64,000 nucleotides of DNA from assembly GCA_951406725.2 (NCBI GenBank), contig OX597814.1:82584001-82648000 (forward strand), given 5' to 3'. Shown here piece after piece: positions 53,640-64,000 of the stretch (positions are counted from its first letter, which is position 1; each line of letters starts with the position of its first letter). Below the pieces are notes generated by a model. That model did not search any database and was not told the DNA's origin. It saw nothing but the letters and a program-made list of their open reading frames with translations. Made by a program: the position numbers and the translations under genes. This DNA is from Octopus vulgaris. Taxonomy: Eukaryota.

Positions 53640-55253
53640 TGCCCATCAGGAATCACTGCTGAGATGCTTAAAACAGTTGGTTATGTGGGCTATGGCATAG
53701 TCACCCGCATTGTAAACCAGGTAGTTCACAATGGAGTCATACCCAATGACTGGCGCAGCAGCACTATAGTCAACTGCTACAAGGGTAAGGGTGATGCTCT
53801 AGATAGAAATAACTACAGGGGTATCAAACTGTTGGACCAGGTGATGAAGGTCTCAGAGAGGGTCATAACCCATCTCATTAGGGAGAGAATTTGCTTAGAT
53901 GAAATGCAGTTCGGTTTTGTACCAGGTAGAAGCACCACTGATGCTATATTCCTGGTCCGACAACTGCAGGAGAAGTACCTAGCTAAAGATAAACCTCTCT
54001 ACATAGCTTTTGTGGACTTGGAGAAAGCCTTTGACAGGGTTCCCCGTTCCCTTATCTGGTGGTCGATGCGGAAACTGGAGATTGATGAATGGCTAATAAG
54101 GGCTGTACAGGCTCTATACAGAGAGGCTGTCAGCAAGGTTAGGATTGGCAACGAATATAGTGAAGAATTCCAGGTAGAAGTAGGTGTGCACCAGGGCTCA
54201 GCCCTCAGTCCCCTTTTATTCATCATAGTCCTCCAGGCAATAACAGAGGAATTCAAAACGGGATGCCCCTGGGAGCTCCTCTATGCTGATGACCTAGCTC
54301 TCATAGCAGAATCACTACCGGAACTAGAAAAGAAATTTCGGGTGTGGAAGCAAGGGTTAGAATCAAAGGGCCTTAGAGTAAATGTAGCAAAAACCAAAGT
54401 ATTAGTAAGCAGCAAGGCGTACTCAGCACACACCCCCTCGGGTAGGTGGCCCTGCTCAATCTGTAGGAAAGGTACAGGTAGAAACTCCATAAGATGCACC
54501 CAATGTAAGCTATGGACGCATAAGAGGTGCAGCAACATTAAAGGGAAATTAACAGATAAGATAGCTTTCATGTGCGGCAGATGCACAGGGGCAATAGACA
54601 CAACAGACACTCAGAAAACAGATTCCATCACACTCCAGGGAGAGAAACTAGAAGTAGTTGATAGTTTCCGCTACCTGGGTGACCAAGTTAGTAGCGGAGG
54701 TGGATGCACAGAGAGTATCACCACTAGAATACGAATAGCCTGGGCAAAGTTCAGAAAGCTCCTACCCCTACTGGCGGCAAAGGGTCTCTCCCTCAGAGCG
54801 AAAGGTAGATTGTATGATGCATGTGTGCGAACTGCCATGCTTCACGGTAATGAAACATGGGCTGTGACTGCAGAGGACATGCGTAGACTTGAAAGAAATG
54901 AAGCTAGCATGATCCGCTGGATGTGTAGTGTCAGTGTGCACGCACGACAAAGTGTAAGCATCCTGAGAGAAATGCTGGATATAAGAAGCATCAGATGTGG
55001 TGTGCAAGAGCGACGCTTGCGATGGTATGGTCATGTGCTGCGGATGGATGAAGAGAGATGTGTGAAGAAGTGCCACTCCCAAACAGTTGAAGGTATCAGG
55101 GGGAGAGGTAGACCCAGGAAGACATGGGATGAGGTAGTCAAGCATGACCTCAGAGCATTGGGCCTCACTGAGGCAATGGCGAAGGACCGAGATCTCTGGA
55201 GATATGCTGTGACTGCAAAGACCCGGGCTGCTTCCTGCATCAGTTCCACATAG
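53640..55253 (+). CDS. RTE-clade LINE reverse transcriptase (5'-truncated, frame intact) with PHD-like Zn finger insert
   Basis: NYRGIKLL, QFGF, FVDLEKAFD, GVHQGSALSP, LYADD, YLG and GRPRKTW motifs. The predicted N-terminal ~15 aa come from the microsatellite. Confidence 0.93.
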   Translation, partial: CPSGITAEMLKTVGYVGYGIVTRIVNQVVHNGVIPNDWRSSTIVNCYKGKGDALDRNNYRGIKLLDQVMKVSERVITHLIRERICLDEMQFGFVPGRSTTDAIFLVRQLQEKYLAKDKPLYIAFVDLEKAFDRVPRSLIWWSMRKLEIDEWLIRAVQALYREAVSKVRIGNEYSEEFQVEVGVHQGSALSPLLFIIVLQAITEEFKTGCPWELLYADDLALIAESLPELEKKFRVWKQGLESKGLRVNVAKTKVLVSSKAYSAHTPSGRWPCSICRKGTGRNSIRCTQCKLWTHKRCSNIKGKLTDKIAFMCGRCTGAIDTTDTQKTDSITLQGEKLEVVDSFRYLGDQVSSGGGCTESITTRIRIAWAKFRKLLPLLAAKGLSLRAKGRLYDACVRTAMLHGNETWAVTAEDMRRLERNEASMIRWMCSVSVHARQSVSILREMLDIRSIRCGVQERRLRWYGHVLRMDEERCVKKCHSQTVEGIRGRGRPRKTWDEVVKHDLRALGLTEAMAKDRDLWRYAVTAKTRAASCISST

Positions 55254-55745
55254 CCCCTGCCCATTCAAAGTACCCCGGATCCCAGATAGTCCTGCTGTGC
55301 CTGAGGAGATCTGTTGAGTCAAGTACATGAACATGAACGTCGAAATAAATATCAATGATGCCTGTGCCGGTGGCACATAAAAAGTACTATCCGAACGTGA
55401 CCGATGCCAGTGCTGCCCCGACTGGCCTCTGTGCTGGTAAGACCATCCGAACGTTGCCAGCGCCGCCTTGGCTGGCTCCCATGCCGCTGGCACGTTGAAA
55501 GCTCGAATCGATCGTGACCGATGCCGGACCCCCCCGGCCCCTGTGCAGGTGGCACGTAAAAAGCACCCACTCCACTCGCGGAGTGGTTGGCGTTAGGAAG
55601 GGCATCCAGCCGTAGAAACTCTGCCAGATCAGACTGGAGGCTGGAGCGGCCCCTGGCTTCCCAGAACCCGGTCGAACCGTCCAACCCGTGCTAGCGTGGA
55701 AAACGGACGTTAAACGATGATGATGATGATGATGATGATGATGAT
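53640..55745 (+). mobile_element. Young 5'-truncated RTE LINE with 3' UTR and (GAT)n tail
   Basis: Open frame followed by a 3' UTR shared with three other copies in the window. Confidence 0.95.
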
Positions 55746-57095
55746 ATTATAGATATTATAGAAAGTCATTACAATGTAGATTCAAAATATTTAGTATTAT
55801 AACTTTAAAAAGCTATTATGAGTTCAAATAGAAATTGAGCTTAGATGTGGTCTACACAGATATGAATGTAGGGGTGAAACATGCATAGATTAAAAGTGTT
55901 ATATTAGTGTTACACAACTCTTGTCTGATGTTGATAGATTGATTTGATTTATTAATGAGTATAACCTTAATTCTCAAATTTCTTTCAAAAGTTGCTATGG
56001 TTTGTTGATAGAATCACTCCCACAATCCTCAAAATTCCAATTTGTGGCTTTGATGGTGACCATAATATTCTGGTTATGATATCCCTCCAAACATCTTTTT
56101 AATGGAAGAACTATTTACAAGCATACCTCAACTTACATTTTTTTGAGTTGCATATTTTTCAACTTTACATTATTTTTGTAAAGAGGTTAATGGAAAAAAA
56201 AAATATAACCTCAACTTCAGTCAATTTATCCAACTTTATGCTGGTCTCAGCAAACATTTAAAAGCATAAAAATTAAAAAAAACATCTAACAACCAATACT
56301 GAAGTGGAAAAATCAAATAAAACACATGAAAATATGAATAAACCATTTATTAAAGCAGATATAAGGCAATAAAGTTTTTAAAATGTTCTTTCATGTTATG
56401 TCATTTTACATGTTAAGTCAAATGTCTTGGAACCAATTACTGATGTAATTTAAAGTTTACATGTATATATGATTGTGAGCTTTAATACAGATCTGCAGCT
56501 ATGTAAATTGCTTCAAGCATAAGATTCCTCACTATTATTACATGATGTGTGATTCACAGTGTACCATATGCCCATACTGTTGATAGTACAGTAGACCAAT
56601 GTGCATACATCAATGCACAGACAGTAATTTTCTTAGGCAAATGCTTCAGAGTGCCAGTTGTATATTCAGCCTCTCTCAATGGGTTAATTGCTTCGCAATT
56701 AGCAACCTTAATTCTATTATCAAAGAGTGGTAGCTTTTAAAAGAAATTTGCTGATTAAGGACGCTGTCCTTAATAAATTAGATTCCTTTATCAACAGCAT
56801 ACATGACTTGCATGTTGCTAATTGGTTAATAAACACTACAAATCTGTACATGTAACAACTGCCTCTCATCTCCATATATCTGTGCAAACTAAAGTGAAGC
56901 TCTTTCTTAATTTTTTTCTCTCTCTTAATTAAGGCGTTTTTGGAAGGCAAAATATTGAAACCTCATGCCAGCATGGAAAATGGATGTTAAATGATGATGA
57001 TAATGAAGGTAAAAGTGTATGCTTTTGTCTTTGCTTTTGTTCTTACTCCTCCTTTATTTCCAACTTGCATTGTTTTTCTAAAGCATGTATGCCTG

Positions 57096-57097
<2 letters not shown>

Positions 57098-57170
<73 letters not shown>
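57098..57170. repeat. (TG)n microsatellite
   Basis: Direct inspection. Confidence 0.98.
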
Positions 57171-57174
<4 letters not shown>

Positions 57175-57404
57175 CACATGCATGTCAGGCTTCTACACAG
57201 ATTCTGCCTTCCAAATTCAACTCACATGGTATTGATCAGTCTGAGGCTATTGTAAAAGAATTTGCTTAAGATGCTGCACAGTGGGATTCAATTTACAACT
57301 GCAGAGATTTTATTCACTCAGCAAGCTTTACTTAATAGTTTTTGATAATGGCTACTGAAATTATTCTGAGGATTTTATATTAAAAGAAACTAGAGACTAT
57401 TTAT

Positions 57405-57720
57405 CTCTATTCTTTTTACTTTATCAGTCATTGGACTGCGGACATGCTATGCTACCACCTTGAAAGCTTTAGTTGAACAAATTGCTCTCAGTACTTATTT
57501 TTTAAGTCTGTTACTTACTCTGTTGGTCTGTTTTGCTTTACTGCTAGGTTACAGAAATGTGAATAAACCAACACCAGTTGTCAAACAGTGGGGATGAGAG
57601 AAAAATGAAGACAAAGACACGCACACACACACACACACACACGGGTGCACACACACACACACACGTGTGCACACACACACACACACACACACCTGTGCAC
57701 ACACACACACATGCATACAC
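57405..57720 (-). mobile_element. SINE 3' fragment
   Basis: Homologous to the SINE 3' half (ACACCAGTTGTCAA, CAGTCATTGGACTGCGG). Confidence 0.7.
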
Positions 57721-57997
57721 ATATCATCAATATTCTTTTTTTATTCTTTTATGTGTTTCAGTTATTTGACTGGCCATGCTGGAGCACCTCAAAGTGTTTT
57801 AGTCAAAGGAATCGACTCCAAGACTTATTCTTTGTTAACCTAGTACTTATTCTATCTGCCTCTTTTGCCAAACTGCTAAGTTATATGGATGTAAACACAC
57901 CAACATCAGTTGTTGAGCAATAGTGAGGAGATGAACACAGACACAAAGACACACACACATAAATACATACATACATACGTATATATGAGTCTATACA

Positions 57998-60135
57998 TGG
58001 TGATCCCTCACCTCAAGGGGCTGTGTGCACTCCAGCATTTCCTTGACCTTCGACCCAACCCCCAACCTGATACAATCACACTCCTTCATCTGGCCGAAAT
58101 TGTCCTCTCACTTAACTGCTTCTCGTTTGTGGGTGATTGTTATCGGCAGGTCTCGAGAGTAGCCATGAGAATGAGAATGAGCCCCGACTATGCGAACCTG
58201 TTCATTGGCTACATTGAGGTCCAAATATTCTCAAGTTTCACTGGTCCCACTTCTGAACTATATGGTCATTATATTGACAACTGTATTGGTGTGACCTCAC
58301 TCTCTAGCAAACATCTAGACTCCTTCCTCTCTTTTGTCAAATCTTTCCATCCTGCCCTCCACTTCTCCTGCACTATTTCCGACACCTCAGTCGTCTTTCT
58401 CAACATTTCGGTCAGCATTCATCATTCCACTCTCACCACCTCCATCCACTACAAACACACAGACTCACACTCATACCTCACCTTCTCCTTCTGCCCTAAG
58501 CACACCAAGCTCTTCATCTATTCCCAATTCCTCCATCTATGCAGGCTCTGCAGTGACAACCATGATTTTGAGACTCAGTCTCAACTCATGGCTCACCACT
58601 TCATCCTACATAGATATCCCCTCACCACTATCCACACCGCCCTTGTCAGAGCATGTTCCATGGACCGTGCATCTGCTCTCTCCTCCTGCACCCACCCCGC
58701 TGTCATCCGTCTCCTGTTTCCCCTTACCTACCACCCCACCACCCTCCAACGCACCATTCTCTGAGCCTTCCGGTGACTCCAGTCTGATCCCTCCACTTCG
58801 CACATCTTCCCAAATCGACCCCTCTCCTCCTTTAAATGAGCCCACAACCTACGAGACCTCTTGGTCCACAGCTTCTTCCCTAACCCAACCTCCAAACCTG
58901 GCTTGTTCCCCTGCTCCCCCCCATGCTGCTGCACTTGCCCTTACCTCTCCAACACCACCCTCCTCACAGGCACCCATCATCAACCCTGTCATATCACTGA
59001 CTCCTTCACTTGCACTTCTAGCAATGTCATCTACTGCATTTCCTGCTCTCTCTGTCCTTCTCTATACATCAGTCAAACAGGAAGCTGCTTGGCTGACTGG
59101 TTCACAGAACACCTCCAAGACATCAGACTCAGCAATGACACCCTGGTCTCACACCATTTCTACTCAACCAGTTACTCTTTACAACACCTGTCTGTGTTTG
59201 GATTGTCCTTGCACAGGGGCCATCCAGACTCCCATCTTCATCGTGAGCAGGGATTAGTCTTCTCTCTTCGCACCTTTGTGCCACATGGGCTCAACTCCCC
59301 CCTCTTCATCTAACTCGCCTCCTTTCTCCTCTCTTCCTCTCACACCTACTTCCTCCCACTCATCTCTTCTCTCATGCTCTGGCACCTACTTCCTCTATTC
59401 ACTCCTAACCATCTTCTCCCTTCCACCTTCTCCCTTTATCATCGCCCCATCCCTCGTTACCCACCCCTACACATTCCGACGCCACCATCCCTATACATCC
59501 CATCCCACTATACCCCTTAGACCCCACCCTTGCTTCTCCACTCTTGCCTCCCCCACACCCAAACATCACCACACCACACCACACCACCACACCACACACC
59601 ACCACACCACACACCACCACACCACACACCACCACACCACACCACCATACCACCATACCACACCACACCACGTCCACCACAACACACCACCCTACACACA
59701 CTAGCACTGACCACTTCCCAGCACCCACACCAGTACACACACTTGCACTGACCACTTCCCAGTACCTACACACACACACGCAAATGTCCAGATCAACAGC
59801 CCCCTTCCACATGCACATACATGCTCTCACATACACACGCATGCACGCATGCATGCACACCTTCGTTTGGGATCACCACTACTTTATTATCTCCCCTTCT
59901 TCCTAGCTCTCCTGTGTGACCCCTCTGTCTGGCATTCGCCATGATAGATCGCTAGCCACTATACCTTTTCTACTTTATCTCCCTGTTTATTTCTGTGTTA
60001 CTTTCTGTTGAAGAGTGTAGGCTTGAAATGTAAAAGACTTTCTCACTTCCTGAGTCGTAAACTAATACACCTGTTTGTTGTTTAACCCACCCATCTTTGT
60101 TTTTTGTTTTTTTTTGTAAATTCCCAGTGTATATA
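57998..60135 (+). mobile_element. Penelope-like element (5'-truncated RT + GIY-YIG, 3' terminal repeat), degenerate
   Basis: RT: VLSLNCFSF, VAMRMRMSPDYANLF, HYIDN, FLNI, YKHTDSHSYL, YSQF.L.RLCS. GIY-YIG: FTCTSSNVIYCISC..YISQT..EH..LRTFVPHGLN. Confidence 0.92.
60001..60036 (+). ncRNA. Degenerate minimal type I hammerhead in the Penelope terminal repeat
   Basis: CTTT-CTGTTGA-A-GAGT-GTAG-GCTT-GAAAT-GTA-AAAG. Confidence 0.55.
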
Positions 60136-61821
60136 TATACAACAGGCTTCTTTTCAATTTCTGCCTACCAAATCCACTCACAAGGCTTTGGTTGGCCTGA
60201 GGCTATAGTAGACGATACTTGCCCAAGGTGCCATGCAATGGGACTGAACTCGGTTCCTTTTGATTGGGAAGCAAGTTTCTTACCACACAGCTACATCTGT
60301 ACCTATCATCATCATCATCATTTATCATTCGTTTTCCATACTATTGTTCGGAGAGTTTGACAGGATCTAGTAAGCCACAGGGCTGTATCATACTTCATGT
60401 CAGCTTTGGCATGGTTTCTATGGCTGGATGTCCTGTATAATGCTAACCACTTTACAGTGTGTATTGGGTGCCTTTTTCTCAAAAAGGTATGATATGGACA
60501 GTGGTTCATGAGACAGAGGGGTAAGATGAGAAAGATAGGTGTTGCTCAGGTATGATAGTTCATGGGGTAGAGTAGATGATGGACAAGGCATAGGAGAGAT
60601 GTTGGTGGGATTTAGAGACACACAAGGAGTAGCTTTTGTGAGTGAGTGTTGTGCTAGACACGAGAAGGTATGGGAATGATAGCTGATATGCAAGGTAAGG
60701 GGAATAGATGGAGACACATAGAAGGGATGGTAATGAGAATGAGGAATGGAAATGGGGGTAATGGAGGAAGGCAGGCATAACTGGTAGCGCAAGGAGTTAG
60801 GGGATGTGATATGTGTTAAGAGGAGATAGTTGTTGGGGAAATGAGCGGGCAGGTTGATGAGATGTTGGGAATGCTTGTTGGGTCAGTATGGCTGTAAGGA
60901 CAATACCCAACAAGTATAAGTATAAGCAAAATGTTTTAGGTCCTCATATTTGCTGTTATAGATGGGTCTTCTCAAGTACAGCAAATCGTGACAAGCTTTC
61001 ACACTATTTGTCAAGCACATTGGCATTGGTCAGCCTAGGGCAATTGTAGCAGTCACTTGCCCAATGTGTTGTATAATGAGACTGAATCTGAAACCATGTG
61101 GTTGCAAGCTTCTTAACCATACAACCACGAGTATTAGAAAATAAGACTTGTAAGATTCAGGACAGTGTAACTAAAACCATATAAGACGTACATGAAAAAT
61201 GAAAAATCAACCCAATTTTATCATCTGGAGTTCACATGTTATATTCAATTGTTCATATAATACACAATTAAGTAGGATTTTAGATAAGAAGTGAACTCTG
61301 CCAAACAAATAATCTAATATAAAAGATGGCTCAAGGCTTTCAAAAGATTCTTATAATACACTTCATTAAAAGCGAAAGAATTGATGTGAATATAAATCAT
61401 TATATAGATTCGTGTAGACATTGTTGCACAACCTGTTCCATCAGTGTGAAGAGTATTCATTTTACATAAAACTTTAGGTCCTTTTCTGCTGTCATGAAAT
61501 CCATTTATTCTTTACTGATCACCTGCTAGTAAACTACACATCTTGTTTCACCAAAGTACGGAGTTTTTACTTGACTTTTTTTTAAACTAATACCACAGTT
61601 AACTCTTATTTTACAAATTTACTTGTTCAGAACTGTTGCATTTATCAATTCTATGTCACTCTTCAATGTTCAAAAATAAATATTTTGCTTATTTACGTTT
61701 GTTTATTCTTTTATCGTTTAATTGCTTCCTTCATTGGGCTGCAATTATCCTAGTGTATTGCCTTGAAGGGTTTAACTGAACAAATTGACTCTAGCACTTA
61801 TACTTGAGCCTGGCACTTATT

Positions 61822-62001
61822 CAGGCATAGCTGTGTGGTAAGAGGCGTGTTTCCCAGTCACATGGTTCTGAGTTCAGTCCCACCGTGTGACACCTTTGGC
61901 AAGTGTCTTCTACTATAGCCCCGGGCCGATCGAAGCCTTGTGAGCGGATTTGGTAGACAGAAACTGAAAAAAGCCTGTTGTATATATGAATATATATGTA
62001 T

Positions 62002-62041
<40 letters not shown>

Positions 62042-62245
62042 GTTTGTCTCCCCATCACCACTTGACAACTGGTGTTGGTGTGTTTACATCTCTGTAACTT
62101 AGCGGTTCAGGAAAAGAGACGAATAGGATAAGTGCTAGGTTTTTAAAAAATAAGTGCTGGGGTTGATTTGTTTGACTAAAATCCCTCAAGGTGGTGCTCC
62201 GGCATGACTGCAGTCAAATAACAGAAACAAGTAAAAGAGTAAAAC
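61822..62245 (+). mobile_element. Full-length SINE
   Basis: Homologous to 41820-42245. Confidence 0.9.
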
Positions 62246-62249
62246 TACT

Positions 62250-62900
62250 AGGTTAGGGGGACATAAACAAACAAACACTGGGTAATACAGGTTCTATATT
62301 TAAGAGATGAGGAATTATATACATTATTTATATTATTTACATTTAAAGGATATTTGTCCTCATCTTGTTTGTTGTTAACACAACGTTTCGGCTGATATAC
62401 CCTCCAGCCTTCATCTGGCGTCTTGGGAAAATTTTGAACCTGGGTTCTCATTCCTAAGGTATTTTTCAATGTTATTCTTATTATTATTCAGGTTACTGCC
62501 TGGAATCTTGGAAGATACGGAAACTAAAAGCTGCAGCACATATGCTAGGACACAATAACCTCCTAAGCAGACTGAGTGCAGATATGAGTAGCATATGAGA
62601 AATGGTATTAAGGAAGGATAGGAAAATATTAGATTTATAAGCCCTAAAATTCACTCCATAATTGCTCACAGGCATATGGCGTAGTGGTTAACCATGTGGG
62701 CTACTAGCCCCAAGATTCTGAGTTCAATTCCAGGCAGTGACCTGAATAATAATACTAATAATAATAACATCGAAAAATACCTTAGGAATGAGAACCCAAG
62801 TTTGAAATTTCCCCAAGATACCTTTTGAAGGCTGGAGAGTATATCAGCTGAAATATTGTGTTAACGACAAACAAGATGAGGACAAATATTCATCAAAATA
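62250..62900. mobile_element. Repeat with inverted hammerhead-bearing arms and internal tRNA-like head
   Basis: ~62347-62485 is inverted at ~62757-62895; tRNA-like TGGCGTAGTGGTTAA..GAGTTCAATTCC at 62670-62742. Confidence 0.7.
62377..62422 (-). ncRNA. Type I hammerhead-like motif (core U4>A)
   Basis: GACGC-CAGATGA-A-GGCTG...CAGCC-GAAAC-GTT-GTGTT. Confidence 0.6.
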
Positions 62901-63329
62901 ACGCAAATATTGTTAGGCAGTGGGTTAAAGGGATAAACACAAAGACATATATGCACATGCATTGGTCCAGGGTTATAATAGAAAATGCTTATCCATGGTG
63001 TCATGCAATGCACTGAACCTTTGAAACCAGGTGATTGCAAAGTGAGTTTCTTAACTACACAGCCATACCTGCACCTATTCATTAGTTCATTTTAATTCTT
63101 TTTTATCCTTTCAAGCATGACTTACAAGGAAGAGATGCTTGAGACAAGATTATTACGGTCTCTCTGCTACCAACACTTACCTGTTTTGCATGTAAGGGAT
63201 TTCTTACTGCAAAAGAATTGAAAAGTGCATAGCGAACAAGTGATTTATTGACAGGAAATGTCAATAAATGTTCCAGTAACTGGTTGCAGTCCAGATTTAA
63301 ACTATGATATCAACATACCTCAGTGGAGA

Positions 63330-63555
63330 ATGTAAACATTCTCACAGATACACACACACACTTCCAAACAAACATGTGCATGCATATATATGTACAATGG
63401 ACTTCAGTTTGCAAATACCTGATTCCCTCACAGTTTTGGTTGATCCAAGGCTATAGTAGAAGACACCTGCCCACGGGGCCATGCAGTGGGAATAGACTTA
63501 AAATGATTTGGTTGAGAAGTGAACTTCTTAACCACACAGCTGTGCCTGTGTCTAC
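63330..63555 (-). mobile_element. SINE 5' fragment
   Basis: CCAAGGCTATAGTAGAAGACAC..CTTAACCACACAGC homology to the main SINE family; a similar fragment lies at 62950-63075. Confidence 0.65.
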
Positions 63556-64000
63556 CTATATTGTATGTCATACACACACACACACACATATTTATTCAAT
63601 ATTCATTATACATAGTATTTTAGCACTATATAATGAAATGCTTAAGTGAAGAATTTCATTCTCTTTTTTGAAAAATCAAATGTTCTAACTTCACAACCTG
63701 AAAACAAATAAAAAAAAAAAGAAAAGAAATTGATGTTGAGCTATCACAGAAGGCAAAGAAAGAAACCTTTAAACAACTGTTTGATTTACTAGAAATAGTA
63801 GCCACACGTTACTCAAATTGCATCCTACTATCTGAAATTAGTCAAAGGGTAATGTCCTTAATGCTGTACACAAGAAATTTATTAATTATTTCAAATTCCC
63901 CTCTTAACTGGAGAAAGAAAACAAAAATCCAGTGGCAATTGTTAGTAACTATTAGAGAAAAAGGGAGATAATTTGAAAAATGAGAATTACATTTTTAAGG

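Larger units (their letters stand above)
57745..60300 (-). mobile_element. SINE split by Penelope insertion (halves 57745-57990 and 60135-60300)
   Basis: The two halves are contiguous in the SINE consensus across its internal microsatellite. Confidence 0.8.

Noticed and set aside
54768-55493. 241-aa antisense ORF over the RTE element
   Set aside because: Shadow ORF of a GC-richer coding region with no recognisable motifs.
59276-59906. His/Thr/Pro-rich ORFs
   Set aside because: Low-complexity CACCA repeats in the Penelope 3' region.

Overview
Repeat-dominated eukaryotic DNA with no host protein-coding exon I can support. The repeat content (tRNA-derived SINEs with internal microsatellites, RTE LINEs with (GAT)n tails, long (TA)n tracts) suggests an Octopus/coleoid cephalopod genome; this is an inference. 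The window holds three degenerate Ty3/Gypsy elements, RTE, Tx1/L1, CR1-like, R4/Dong-like and other LINE remnants, several Penelope-like element (PLE) fragments, mariner and hAT remnants, many SINEs and microsatellites. The only long clean ORF is a 5'-truncated RTE reverse transcriptase (53640-55253) with a PHD-like Zn finger inserted. The strongest signal is RNA structure: about ten hammerhead-ribozyme motifs in PLE-type terminal repeats. Three divergent copies (16357-16417 +, 23972-24034 -, 38769-38831 -) have all core hammerhead motifs and covarying stems I and III, but the strands run NUH / GAAA / CUGANGA, a non-circular permutation outside types I-III. Also notable are a retrozyme-like 581-bp tandem/inverted element, Tx1 insertions with visible target-site duplications (TSDs), and a twin-priming-type LINE inversion. 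All structures were folded by eye and all boundaries are approximate.
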